A stretch of DNA of 64,000 nucleotides, from the NCBI GenBank assembly GCA_014905635.1, contig JABVCE010000002.1, positions 1,612,001-1,676,000 of the forward strand, given 5' to 3'. The translations under genes were made by a program, and so were the position numbers. The notes under the pieces were generated by a model. It had not been told where the DNA came from. It was given only the letters and a program-made list of their open reading frames with translations, and did no database searches. Below are positions 36,501 through 47,979 of the stretch, in pieces. How positions within the stretch are numbered: position 1 is the stretch's first letter; the number at the start of each line of letters is the position of its first letter. The DNA is from Scenedesmus sp. PABB004. Taxonomy: Eukaryota.

Positions 36501-39500
36501 GCCCGCGCGCGCGCCGCTCGGCGGCGCCGCGGCGCAGCGCTGCCGTGCGCCGTTTTGCCTGCCCCGCCGCCCCTGCGGAGCGGGGGTGCGGGGCTCCCAC
36601 AGGCTGCCCGGCCACGGGCTGCGCCGCCGGGGTCCGCCGCCGGCGGCCGCGCTGCGCCGCGGGCCGCGCGCCGCCCGCGCGCGCGCCGCTCGGCGGCGCC
36701 GCGGCGCAGCGCTGCCGTGCGCCGTTTTGCCTGCCCCGCCGCCCCTGCGGAGCGGGGGTGCGGGGCTCCCACAGGCTGCCCGGCCACGGGCTGCGCCGCC
36801 GGGGTCCGCCGCCGGCGGCCGCGCTGCGCCGCGGGCCGCGCGCCGCCCGCGCGCGCGCCGCTCGGCGGCGCCGCGGCGCAGCGCTGCCGTGCGCCGTTTT
36901 GCCTGCCCCGCCGCCCCTGCGGAGCGGGGGTGCGGGGCTCCCACAGGCTGCCCGGCCACGGGCTGCGCCGCCGGGGTCCGCCGCCGGCGGCCGCGCTGCG
37001 CCGCGGGCCGCGCGCCGCCCGCGCGCGCGCCGCTCGGCGGCGCCGCGGCGCAGCGCTGCCGTGCGCCGTTTTGCCTGCCCCGCCGCCCCTGCGGAGCGGG
37101 GGTGCGGGGCTCCCACAGGCTGCCCGGCCACGGGCTGCGCCGCCGGGGTCCGCCGCCGGCGGCCGCGCTGCGCCGCGGGCCGCGCGCCGCCCGCGCGCGC
37201 GCCGCTCGGCGGCGCCGCGGCGCAGCGCTGCCGTGCGCCGTTTTGCCTGCCCCGCCGCCCCTGCGGAGCGGGGGTGCGGGGCTCCCACAGGCTGCCCGGC
37301 CACGGGCTGCGCCGCCGGGGTCCGCCGCCGGCGGCCGCGCTGCGCCGCGGGCCGCGCGCCGCCCGCGCGCGCGCCGCTCGGCGGCGCCGCGGCGCAGCGC
37401 TGCCGTGCGCCGTTTTGCCTGCCCCGCCGCCCCTGCGGAGCGGGGGTGCGGGGCTCCCACAGGCTGCCCGGCCACGGGCTGCGCCGCCGGGGTCCGCCGC
37501 CGGCGGCCGCGCTGCGCCGCGGGCCGCGCGCCGCCCGCGCGCGCGCCGCTCGGCGGCGCCGCGGCGCAGCGCTGCCGTGCGCCGTTTTGCCTGCCCCGCC
37601 GCCCCTGCGGAGCGGGGGTGCGGGGCTCCCACAGGCTGCCCGGCCACGGGCTGCGCCGCCGGGGTCCGCCGCCGGCGGCCGCGCTGCGCCGCGGGCCGCG
37701 CGCCGCCCGCGCGCGCGCCGCTCGGCGGCGCCGCGGCGCAGCGCTGCCGTGCGCCGTTTTGCCTGCCCCGCCGCCCCTGCGGAGCGGGGGTGCGGGGCTC
37801 CCACAGGCTGCCCGGCCACGGGCTGCGCCGCCGGGGTCCGCCGCCGGCGGCCGCGCTGCGCCGCGGGCCGCGCGCCGCCCGCGCGCGCGCCGCTCGGCGG
37901 CGCCGCGGCGCAGCGCTGCCGTGCGCCGTTTTGCCTGCCCCGCCGCCCCTGCGGAGCGGGGGTGCGGGGCTCCCACAGGCTGCCCGGCCACGGGCTGCGC
38001 CGCCGGGGTCCGCCGCCGGCGGCCGCGCTGCGCCGCGGGCCGCGCGCCGCCCGCGCGCGCGCCGCTCGGCGGCGCCGCGGCGCAGCGCTGCCGTGCGCCG
38101 TTTTGCCTGCCCCGCCGCCCCTGCGGAGCGGGGGTGCGGGGCTCCCACAGGCTGCCCGGCCACGGGCTGCGCCGCCGGGGTCCGCCGCCGGCGGCCGCGC
38201 TGCGCCGCGGGCCGCGCGCCGCCCGCGCGCGCGCCGCTCGGCGGCGCCGCGGCGCAGCGCTGCCGTGCGCCGTTTTGCCTGCCCCGCCGCCCCTGCGGAG
38301 CGGGGGTGCGGGGCTCCCACAGGCTGCCCGGCCACGGGCTGCGCCGCCGGGGTCCGCCGCCGGCGGCCGCGCTGCGCCGCGGGCCGCGCGCCGCCCGCGC
38401 GCGCGCCGCTCGGCGGCGCCGCGGCGCAGCGCTGCCGTGCGCCGTTTTGCCTGCCCCGCCGCCCCTGCGGAGCGGGGGTGCGGGGCTCCCACAGGCTGCC
38501 CGGCCACGGGCTGCGCCGCCGGGGTCCGCCGCCGGCGGCCGCGCTGCGCCGCGGGCCGCGCGCCGCCCGCGCGCGCGCCGCTCGGCGGCGCCGCGGCGCA
38601 GCGCTGCCGTGCGCCGTTTTGCCTGCCCCGCCGCCCCTGCGGAGCGGGGGTGCGGGGCTCCCACAGGCTGCCCGGCCACGGGCTGCGCCGCCGGGGTCCG
38701 CCGCCGGCGGCCGCGCTGCGCCGCGGGCCGCGCGCCGCCCGCGCGCGCGCCGCTCGGCGGCGCCGCGGCGCAGCGCTGCCGTGCGCCGTTTTGCCTGCCC
38801 CGCCGCCCCTGCGGAGCGGGGTGCGGGGCTCCCACAGGCTGCCCGGCCACGGGCTGCGCCGCCGGGGTCCGCCGCCGGCGGCCGCGCTGCGCCGCGGGCC
38901 GCGCGCCGCCCGCGCGCGCGCCGCTCGGCGGCGCCGCGGCGCAGCGCTGCCGTGCGCCGTTTTGCCTGCCCCGCCGCCCCTGCGGAGCGGGGGTGCGGGG
39001 CTCCCACAGGCTGCCCGGCCACGGGCTGCGCCGCCGGGGTCCGCCGCCGGCGGCCGCGCTGCGCCGCGGGCCGCGCGCCGCCCGCGCGCGCGCCGCTCGG
39101 CGGCGCCGCGGCGCAGCGCTGCCGTGCGCCGTTTTGCCTGCCCCGCCGCCCCTGCGGAGCGGGGGTGCGGGGCTCCCACAGGCTGCCCGGCCACGGGCTG
39201 CGCCGCCGGGGTCCGCCGCCGGCGGCCGCGCTGCGCCGCGGGCCGCGCGCCGCCCGCGCGCGCGCCGCTCGGCGGCGCCGCGGCGCAGCGCTGCCGTGCG
39301 CCGTTTTGCCTGCCCCGCCGCCCCTGCGGAGCGGGGGTGCGGGGCTCCCACAGGCTGCCCGGCCACGGGCTGCGCCGCCGGGGTCCGCCGCCGGCGGCCG
39401 CGCTGCGCCGCGGGCCGCGCGCCGCCCGCGCGCGCGCGCTCGGCGGCGCCGCGGCGCAGCGCTGCCGTGCGCCGTTTTGCCTGCCCCGCCGCCCCTGCGG

Positions 39501-41591
39501 AGCGGGGGTGCGGGGCTCCCACAGGCTGCCCGGCCACGGGCTGCGCCGCCGGGGTCCGCCGCCGGCGGCCGCGCTGCGCCGCGGGCCGCGCGCCGCCCGC
39601 GCGCGCGCCGCTCGGCGGCGCCGCGGCGCAGCGCTGCCGTGCGCCGTTTTGCCTGCCCCGCCGCCCCTGCGGAGCGGGGGTGCGGGGCTCCCACAGGCTG
39701 CCCGGCCACGGGCTGCGCCGCCGGGGTCCGCCGCCGGCGGCCGCGCTGCGCCGCGGGCCGCGCGCCGCCCGCGCGCGCGCCGCTCGGCGGCGCCGCGGCG
39801 CAGCGCTGCCGTGCGCCGTTTTGCCTGCCCCGCCGCCCCTGCGGAGCGGGGGTGCGGGGCTCCCACAGGCTGCCCGGCCACGGGCTGCGCCGCCGGGGTC
39901 CGCCGCCGGCGGCCGCGCTGCGCCGCGGGCCGCGCGCCGCCCGCGCGCGCGCCGCTCGGCGGCGCCGCGGCGCAGCGCTGCCGTGCGCCGTTTTGCCTGC
40001 CCCGCCGCCCCTGCGGAGCGGGGGTGCGGGGCTCCCACAGGCTGCCCGGCCACGGGCTGCGCCGCCGGGGTCCGCCGCCGGCGGCCGCGCTGCGCCGCGG
40101 GCCGCGCGCCGCCCGCGCGCGCGCCGCTCGGCGGCGCCGCGGCGCAGCGCTGCCGTGCGCCGTTTTGCCTGCCCCGCCGCCCCTGCGGAGCGGGGGTGCG
40201 GGGCTCCCACAGGCTGCCCGGCCACGGGCTGCGCCGCCGGGGTCCGCCGCCGGCGGCCGCGCTGCGCCGCGGGCCGCGCGCCGCCCGCGCGCGCGCCGCT
40301 CGGCGGCGCCGCGGCGCAGCGCTGCCGTGCGCCGTTTTGCCTGCCCCGCCGCCCCTGCGGAGCGGGGGTGCGGGGCTCCCACAGGCTGCCCGGCCACGGG
40401 CTGCGCCGCCGGGGTCCGCCGCCGGCGGCCGCGCTGCGCCGCGGGCCGCGCGCCGCCCGCGCGCGCGCCGCTCGGCGGCGCCGCGGCGCAGCGCTGCCGT
40501 TCGCCGTTTTGCCTGCCCCGCCGCCCCTGCGGAGCGGGGGTGCGGGGCTCCCACAGGCTGCCCGGCCACGGGCTGCGCCGCCGGGGTCCGCCGCCGGCGG
40601 CCGCGCTGCGCCGCGGGCCGCGCGCCGCCCGCGCGCGCGCCGCTCGGCGGCGCCGCGGCGCAGCGCTGCCGTGCGCCGTTTTGCCTGCCCCGCCGCCCCT
40701 GCGGAGCGGGGGTGCGGGGCTCCCACAGGCTGCCCGGCCACGGGCTGCGCCGCCGGGGTCCGCCGCCGGCGGCCGCGCTGCGCCGCGGGCCGCGCGCCGC
40801 CCGCGCGCGCGCCGCTCGGCGGCGCCGCGGCGCAGCGCTGCCGTTCGCCGTTTTGCCTGCCCCGCCGCCCCTGCGGAGCGGGGGTGCGGGGCTCCCACAG
40901 GCTGCCCGGCCACGGGCTGCGCCGCCGGGGTCCGCCGCCGGCGGCCGCGCTGCGCCGCGGGCCGCGCGCCGCCCGCGCGCGCGCCGCTCGGCGGCGCCGC
41001 GGCGCAGCGCTGCCGTTCGCCGTTTTGCCTGCCCCGCCGCCCCTGCGGAGCGGGGTGCGGGGCTCCCACAGGCTGCCCGGCCACGGGCTGCGCCGCCGGG
41101 GTCCGCCGCCGGCGGCCGCGCTGCGCCGCGGGCCGCGCGCCGCCCGCGCGCGCGCCGCTCGGCGGCGCCGCGGCGCAGCGCTGCCGTGCGCCGTTTTGCC
41201 TGCCCCGCCGCCCCTGCGGAGCGGGGGTGCGGGGCTCTGATGAGAGTGCGTGTTTTCGGCCGCACACTCACCCCATTGCGTGCATGGAGCCTAAAGGAAG
41301 CTACTGGGAACATTGGGCCTTAGTTGGGCTCTTGTGGAAGGTGCTAACCGCGGTGGAAGCTGCTTACGGCGCAGCTACCGGCAGCCGCCGAGAAGCTGCG
41401 ATTACCGATACCGTTTCGGCTATATAGCTCCGTGCGCCCGCCCCGTTTGCCTAAGGAGTCTCTTCACCACGCACATGTAACCTTTGCTCCTTCACTTGTG
41501 TCTCCGTGCTCTCTCGTTGGCCAACCGCTGCTCTCCGCCGTTGTCGACTCGCTCCTCTAGCCGGCAACAACCGCACCTACTCCGACCAAGA

Positions 41592-41603
41592 GGTTATGAG
41601 CCC
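41592..41603 (+). promoter_or_regulatory. Primer-binding site complementary to the tRNAiMet anticodon arm (second copy at 50501-50512)
   Basis: GGTTATGAGCCC directly follows the 5' LTR; its reverse complement GGGCUCAUAACC contains the CAU anticodon loop. Confidence 0.8.
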
Positions 41604-42503
41604 ATCCCCGGTGCTCTAAAGGCATCGCGGAGGCTTCGCGCGCATCGCTCCGGCAACTCGACAACTCCGCGGAGCTCCGGAGGCCTCCGTCAAGCGGCCC
41701 AAAAAGAAGGCCCCAGATTCGATCCTGCGACCTCCACCGTCCTATTCGAGAGCCCTATTGTCTACTTGGCGCTTGGCAGAGGCCATTGCCCCTTGTCTGC
41801 GACTTCTCTTACTTGAGTCGCCCTTGTCAAACGCAGTAAATCGCGCCGCGCTTGCTCGCGCGTGCTCGTTTGCGCTCCGTCGCGCTCCGTCGCGCTTCCC
41901 GCGCCGCGCTCGATCTACTCGGCGCCGCGCGCTCGACGTCGGCCCTTCTCGCGCCGACTTTGCCTCTTCTCACACTCAAGGGCCTCGGCCCTTCGCCCGT
42001 CCGCCCGCCCGCGCCGCTCACAGGTGTACGTACGACCCGGCCGTGCGCATCGGTCATCAAGGCGGGCGTCCGTGCACCTTGGGCGTGCGTGTCTACACGG
42101 CGGCGTGACGTTGGAGGACATCCCTCGACCCTCGCGCCCCTACGACTCTCGGCGCCCTCGACCCTCGCGCCCCTACGACCCTCGGCGCCCTCGACCAACT
42201 CGTAACGCGCGCCGCGCTCGCGCCCGGCCGCTCTTGCGCCCGCGCGTGCGCCTCGGCTACGCTCGCACGCTACGCTAGCGCGCGCCTCGTGTCTCCAAAC
42301 CCGAGCTAACTTCAAAGGGGCCTTGCCCCCTTCGCCGTCCGCCCGCGCCCGCGCCGTACGTAGGTGTGCGTACGTCTCGGCCGCGTGCATCGGACATCTA
42401 GGCGGGGCGTCCGTACACCTCGTACGTGCGCGCGTCTACGGCGCGGCGTGACGTGGGAGACATCTGCCAACAACTCCATCGGCCCGCCAACGCGGCTACC
42501 GTC

Positions 42504-45500
42504 ATGATGGACTTTGAAAAGTTTGGCGTTGAGCGATTCACCGGCTCCAACTACGTCACGTGGAGCACCAAGATTACCTTCTACCTCAAGCTCAAGGGCT
42601 TCTATGGCGCGCTCATCGACGCGCCGCCGCCCGGCAACGACGCCGACGCCGCGCCCGCGCGCGACGCCGCGCGGGACGACAAGGCCCTCGCCGCCATCGT
42701 CCTCTCCGTCGACAACAAGATCTTGCCACTCATCCAAACGTGCACCACCGCCAAGGAGGCGTGGGACAAGCTCGCCAACATGTACCACACCCAAAACACG
42801 GCAAGCATCGTGCGCTTCAAGCGCGAGTTGAGCACGCTCGCCAAGGGCAACACCGAGACCATCACGGCCTTTGCCGGCCGCGCGTACGCGCTCAAGGACA
42901 ACCTCATCTCCGCCGGCGCCACGGTGGACGACATGGACATCTCGCTCGCCATGCTCGACAAGCTCCCGAGCGCCTACGAGGTCAACAAGAAGATCATCAT
43001 GAGCAAGAAGCCCTTCCCCACGCTCGAGGAGGTCATCTCCGAGCTCTTGACCGTGGAGGCGCAAACCCCGGCCAACACCGAGAAGGCCTACTTTGCGACC
43101 GCGCCGCGGCCCAAGTTCAAGCCGCTCAACAAGACGTTCAACCCGCGCTTCAACAAGCCCTTCAACCCGCGCGCGCCCATGCTCGGCGCGTCGCGCTTCG
43201 TCAACCCGCCGCGCCCGTTCAACGGCGGCGGCTCGCCCGGCGGCAACCGGCCGCGCTTCGGCGCGTCCAAGGACGCCAAAGACGTGTGCTACTATTGCAA
43301 GAAGCCCGGCCACTTCATCGGTGAGTGCCGCGAGCGGGCCGCGGTCGAGGCGCGCAAGGGCACGCCCGACACCGAGCGGCGCGAGGTGGCGTGGACCGCC
43401 ACCACGCTCGCTCCCGACTACGACAACCCGGACTACGCGTGCACGTGGTTCATCGACTCGGGGGCCGAGCGCCACATCACCAACGACGCCGGCGACCTCA
43501 ACAACCCCAAGCCGTGCTCGACCAAGGTCATCGTGGGCACCGGCGAGGTGGTCGCCGCCGAGCTCGAGGGCGACGCCATCTTGCACGAGTCCAACGTCAT
43601 CTCGCGGCGCATCGTGCTCCGCCGCGTGCTCTACATCCCCGGCTTTGCGGCCAAGCTCGTCTCCATCAAGATGGCCAAGCTCGCCGGCGCCACGTTCATC
43701 ATGGAGGGCAACAAGTGCGCCGTGCGCATGGGCGGCGAGACGATCGTCACCGCCATCGACGCGCCCAACGGCATCCCGTGCATCGTGAGCAACACGCTCC
43801 GCGGCTCCCCGAGCCCGGCGCTCATTGCCAAAGAGGCGCCCGAGGTGTGGCACGCGCGCTTTGGCCACCTCGGCTACGCCAACCTCGAGCGCGCCGCCAA
43901 GCACGGCATGGTGACCGGCATGGACCTCACGACCACCGACTTCAAGGCGCTCCCCATGTGCGAGCCGTGCGTGATGGGCAAGACGACGCGCCTCCCCTTC
44001 GGTGAGTCCGCGACGGTGTACGACACGCCGCTCGCGCTCGTGAGCATGGACGTGTGCGGCCCCATGACCGAGCTCTCTTACGGCGGCGCCAAGTACGCCG
44101 CGACCTTCATCGACCACGCGACGGGCTACTCCATCGTGCGCACGCTCAAGAGCAAGGCCGACGTCACGCCGGCCGTCAAGGAGGTGCTCACCTACATGGA
44201 GAAGCAAACCGACGCCCACGTCAAGGCCGTCCGCACCGACAACGGCTCCGAGTACGTTAACGCCGACCTCTCCGGCTTCTTCAAGGACAAGGGCATCGCG
44301 CACCAAAAGACCATGCCCTACACGCCCGAGCAAAACGGCACCGCCGAGCGGCTCAACCGCACGCTCCTCAACAAGGTGCTCCCCATGATCTACGCCGCCG
44401 AGCTCCCGCCCGCGGCGTGGGGTGAGGCGATCATGACGGCCAACCACCTCCGCAACCTCTCTCCCGTGAGCGGCAAGCCCAAGACGCCGTTCGAGGCCTT
44501 CTTCGGCCGCAAGCCCGACGTGTCAACGCTCCGCGTCTTTGGCGCTACGGCCTACGCCCACGTGCCCAAGGAGAAGAGGACCAAGCTCGAGCCGCACGCC
44601 GAGAAGGGCATCATGGTGGGCTACCCGGCCTTTGGCAAGGGCTACCGCATCCTCATGCCCGACGGCAACATCAAGTCGAGCCGCAACGTCGTCTTCGACG
44701 AGAGCAAGGTGCTCTCCAAGAGCTTCGCCAACTACAAGTCCCCGACGCTCATCGACCCCGACATCACCCGCTACGCCGCCGAGAAGTTCCCGGCGGACGA
44801 CGCCTTTGAGGACGAGCCCGACTCCGGCGCGCACGACGGCGCGCCGCCGAGCGGCTCCCCGCCGGGCACCCCGGGCGGCTCCCCGCCCGCGAGCCCCGGC
44901 GGCTCCCCGCCCTCGAGCCCGGGCGGCTCGCCGCCGCCCGCGCCGAGCCCGGCGCCCGAGAGCAACGACAACATGCCGGCGCCGACCGCCGGCGGCACCG
45001 ACTCCACCACCGGCGGCACCATCACGCGCTCGGGGCGCGTGTCGCGCAAGCCCAGTGAGTGGTGGAACGCCGCCGCCGCCGCGCACTACGCGGGGCAGAT
45101 CTTGCCCGACCCGGCCACGCGCACCGAGGCGCTCGGCCGGCTCGACGCGTCCAAGTGGGACGACGCCATGAACGAGGAGATCGCCGCCCACGTGGCCAAC
45201 AACACGTGGGAGCTCGACGTGCCGCCCGCCGGCGTCAAGATCATCCCGACCAAGTGGGTCCTCACGACCAAGACCGACCTCGCCGGCAACATCGAGCGCT
45301 ACAAGGGCCGCATCGTCGCCAAGGGCTTCCACCAGATCGAGGGCATCGACTACGACGAGGTCTTCGCCCCCGTCGGCAAGTACGCCACGCTGCGCGCGGT
45401 GCTCGCGCTCGCCGCTGCGCACGACTACGAGATCATCCAGATCGACATTAAGAACGCCTTCCTCCAAGGCAACCTCGAGGAGGAGGTGTGGATCAGCCAG

Positions 45501-46634
45501 CCCGAGGGCTACGACGACGGCTCCGGCCGCGCGTGCCGCCTGATCAAGGCGCTCTACGGCCTCAAGCAGGCCCCGCGCGCGTGGCACTCGCGCCTGCACG
45601 AGGAGCTCACCAAGATGGGCTTCGCGCCGTCCAAGGCCGACGCATCGCTCTACGTCGGCACCTCCGGCGCGTACATCCTCATCTACGTCGACGACATCCT
45701 CATCATTGCGCGCAACTGCGCGCTCGCCGAGTCGGTCAAGGCGGAGCTCTTTGCCGCCTTCAAGACCCGCGACCTCGGCGAGGTGAGCCAGTACCTCGGC
45801 ATGCACATCACGCGCGACCGCATCAACAAGACCATCAAGATCACCAACGAGAAGATGGTGACCGAGCTCGTCTCCAAGTACGGGCTCGCCGACTGCGCGC
45901 CCCGCGACATCCCCGTGAGCCTCGGCACCAAGCTCACCAAGGACAACGGCGACCCGCTCGACATCGCGGCCTACCCCTACACGTCGCTCGTGGGAGCGCT
46001 CCTCTACCTCTCCATCACGGTGCGCCCCGACATCGCCTTTGCGGTGAGCGCGTTGACACGCTTCATGTCCTGCCCCACGACCGTGCACTGGGGCGTGGCC
46101 AAGGGCGTGCTCCGCTACCTGGCCGGCACCACCAACATTGGCATCATCTACGGCGGCATCAAGGGCAGCCTGGACCTCAACGGCATGTGTGACTCGGACT
46201 ACGCGGCCGACCTCGACACGCGCCGCTCGACCACCGGCTACGTCTTCACCCTCAACGGCGGCGCAATCACCTGGTCCAGCAAGAAGCAGCAGACCGTCGC
46301 AGCCTCCACCACCGAGGCCGAGTACATGGCCGCCTCCGCTGCGGTCAAGGAGGCCCTCTGGCTGCGCAAGCTCATGAGCGACCTCAAGGTCAACATCGGC
46401 GCCATCGACATCCTCTCCGACAACCAGGGTGCGATCAAGCTGCTGCGCAACCCCGTGTCCTCGCAGCGCTCGAAGCACATTGACGTCGCGCACCACTTTG
46501 CGCGCGAGCGTGTGGCCCGCGGCGAGGTCACGTTCCACTACGTGCCCACGGCCGACAACATCGCCGACGCGCTCACCAAGCCGCTGGCGCTGTCCAAGTT
46601 TGTGGCGTGCCGCACCGGCATGGGCATGGTGTGA
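42504..46634 (+). CDS. Copia gag-pol polyprotein (Gag-CCHC, protease, integrase, RT, RNase H)
   Basis: CYYCKKPGHFIGEC; WFIDSGA; WHARFGH...CEPC; VRTDNGSEY; EQNGTAER; DIKNAFL; LYGLKQ; YVDD; DSDYA; TEAEY; ADALTK. Integrase precedes RT. Confidence 0.97.
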   Translation: MMDFEKFGVERFTGSNYVTWSTKITFYLKLKGFYGALIDAPPPGNDADAAPARDAARDDKALAAIVLSVDNKILPLIQTCTTAKEAWDKLANMYHTQNTASIVRFKRELSTLAKGNTETITAFAGRAYALKDNLISAGATVDDMDISLAMLDKLPSAYEVNKKIIMSKKPFPTLEEVISELLTVEAQTPANTEKAYFATAPRPKFKPLNKTFNPRFNKPFNPRAPMLGASRFVNPPRPFNGGGSPGGNRPRFGASKDAKDVCYYCKKPGHFIGECRERAAVEARKGTPDTERREVAWTATTLAPDYDNPDYACTWFIDSGAERHITNDAGDLNNPKPCSTKVIVGTGEVVAAELEGDAILHESNVISRRIVLRRVLYIPGFAAKLVSIKMAKLAGATFIMEGNKCAVRMGGETIVTAIDAPNGIPCIVSNTLRGSPSPALIAKEAPEVWHARFGHLGYANLERAAKHGMVTGMDLTTTDFKALPMCEPCVMGKTTRLPFGESATVYDTPLALVSMDVCGPMTELSYGGAKYAATFIDHATGYSIVRTLKSKADVTPAVKEVLTYMEKQTDAHVKAVRTDNGSEYVNADLSGFFKDKGIAHQKTMPYTPEQNGTAERLNRTLLNKVLPMIYAAELPPAAWGEAIMTANHLRNLSPVSGKPKTPFEAFFGRKPDVSTLRVFGATAYAHVPKEKRTKLEPHAEKGIMVGYPAFGKGYRILMPDGNIKSSRNVVFDESKVLSKSFANYKSPTLIDPDITRYAAEKFPADDAFEDEPDSGAHDGAPPSGSPPGTPGGSPPASPGGSPPSSPGGSPPPAPSPAPESNDNMPAPTAGGTDSTTGGTITRSGRVSRKPSEWWNAAAAAHYAGQILPDPATRTEALGRLDASKWDDAMNEEIAAHVANNTWELDVPPAGVKIIPTKWVLTTKTDLAGNIERYKGRIVAKGFHQIEGIDYDEVFAPVGKYATLRAVLALAAAHDYEIIQIDIKNAFLQGNLEEEVWISQPEGYDDGSGRACRLIKALYGLKQAPRAWHSRLHEELTKMGFAPSKADASLYVGTSGAYILIYVDDILIIARNCALAESVKAELFAAFKTRDLGEVSQYLGMHITRDRINKTIKITNEKMVTELVSKYGLADCAPRDIPVSLGTKLTKDNGDPLDIAAYPYTSLVGALLYLSITVRPDIAFAVSALTRFMSCPTTVHWGVAKGVLRYLAGTTNIGIIYGGIKGSLDLNGMCDSDYAADLDTRRSTTGYVFTLNGGAITWSSKKQQTVAASTTEAEYMAASAAVKEALWLRKLMSDLKVNIGAIDILSDNQGAIKLLRNPVSSQRSKHIDVAHHFARERVARGEVTFHYVPTADNIADALTKPLALSKFVACRTGMGMV

Positions 46635-47095
46635 GTGTTGCGTCCGCGTGGGAGTGATGAGAGTGCGTGTTTTCGGCCGCACACTCACCCCATTCCGTCG
46701 CAGCCTCCACCACCGAGGCCGAGTACATGGCCGCCTCCGCTGCGGTCAAGGAGGCCCTCTGGCTGCGCAAGCTCATGAGCGACCTCAAGGTCAACATCGG
46801 CGCCATCGACATCCTCTCCGACAACCAGGGTGCGATCAAGCTGCTGCGCAACCCCGTGTCCTCGCAGCGCTCGAAGCACATTGACGTCGCGCACCACTTT
46901 GCGCGCGAGCGTGTGGCCCGCGGCGAGGTCACGTTCCACTACGTGCCCACGGCCGACAACATCGCCGACGCGCTCACCAAGCCGCTGGCGCTGTCCAAGT
47001 TTGTGGCGTGCCGCACCGGCATGGGCATGGTGTGAGTGTTGCGTCCGCGTGGGAGTGATGAGAGTGCGTGTTTTCGGCCGCACACTCACCCCATT
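46294..47095 (+). repeat. 401-bp tandem duplication of RNase H end + PPT region + first 40 nt of LTR in Copia copy 1
   Basis: 46294-46694 is repeated at 46695-47095; partial LTR at 46655-46694. Confidence 0.93.
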
Positions 47096-47893
47096 GCGTG
47101 CATGGAGCCTAAAGGAAGCTACTCGGAACATTGGGCCTTAGTTGGGCTCTTGTGGAAGGTGCTAACCGCGGTGGAAGCTGCTTACGGCGCAGCTACCGGC
47201 AGCCGCCGAGAAGCTGCGATTACCGATACCGTTTCGGCTATATAGCTCCGTGCGCCCGCCCCGTTTGCCTAAGGAGTCTCTTCACCACGCACATGTAACC
47301 TTTGCTCCTTCACTTGTGTCTCCGTGCTCTCTCGTTGGCCAACCGCTGCTCTCCGCCGTTGTCGACTCGCTCCTCTAGCCGGCAACAACCGCACCTACTC
47401 CGACCAAGAGGCTCCCACAGGCTGCCCGGCCACGGGCTGCGCCGCCGGGGTCCGCCGCCGGCGGCCGCGCTGCGCCGCGGGCCGCGCGCCGCCCGCGCGC
47501 GCGCCGCTCGGCGGCGCCGCGGTGCAGCGCTGCCGTGCGCCGTTTTGCCTGCCCCGCCGCCCCTGCGGAGCGGGGGTGCGGGGCTCCCACAGGCTGCCCG
47601 GCCACGGGCTGCGCCGCCGGGGTCCGCCGCCGGCGGCCGCGCTGCGCCGCGGGCCGCGCGCCGCCCGCGCGCGCGCCGCTCGGCGGCGCCGCGGCGCAGC
47701 GCTGCCGTGCGCCGTTTTGCCTGCCCCGCCGCCCCTGCGGAGCGGGGGTGCGGGGCTCCCACAGGCTGCCCGGCCACGGGCTGCGCCGCCGGGGTCCGCC
47801 GCCGGCGGCCGCGCTGCGCCGCGGGCCGCGCGCCGCCCGCGCGCGCGCCGCTCGGCGGCGCCGCGGCGCAGCGCTGCCGTGCGCCGTTTTGCC

Positions 47894-47979
47894 TTTTTTT
47901 TTTATGTTACAATGGGTGACCAGACAAGGACCGAGGCCCAGGGGCAGCCCATTGAAAAAAACTCCAACGGGAGGAGCGC
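47894..47979 (-). mobile_element. Short 3' end of poly(A)-tailed L1-like family B
   Basis: T-tract plus TTACA, then the reverse complement of ~56855-56930. Confidence 0.8.

Larger units (their letters stand above)
41238..47409 (+). mobile_element. Full-length Ty1/Copia LTR retrotransposon, copy 1 (Hemivirus/Osser-like)
   Basis: 354-bp LTRs 41238-41591 and 47056-47409; TSD GGCTC; PBS GGTTATGAGCCC at 41592; intact gag-pol. Confidence 0.97.

Noticed and set aside
26922..41237. CRISPR-like array
   Set aside because: Contiguous identical monomers with no unique spacers, no cas genes, eukaryotic context.
30350..41427. Six ~3500-aa ORFs, one in every frame
   Set aside because: The 172-bp monomer has no stop codon in any frame and is not a multiple of 3, so all frames cycle through the same peptide; this is an artefact of the satellite.
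42312..46688. 711-aa and 721-aa antisense ORFs in the Copia (also in copy 2)
   Set aside because: Shadow frames caused by strong C/G third-position bias in gag-pol; no recognisable motifs.
46667..47035. Separate 122-aa RNase H gene (also 55607-55975)
   Set aside because: By-product of the 401-bp duplication; non-ATG start and it lacks the first catalytic Asp motif (DSDYA).
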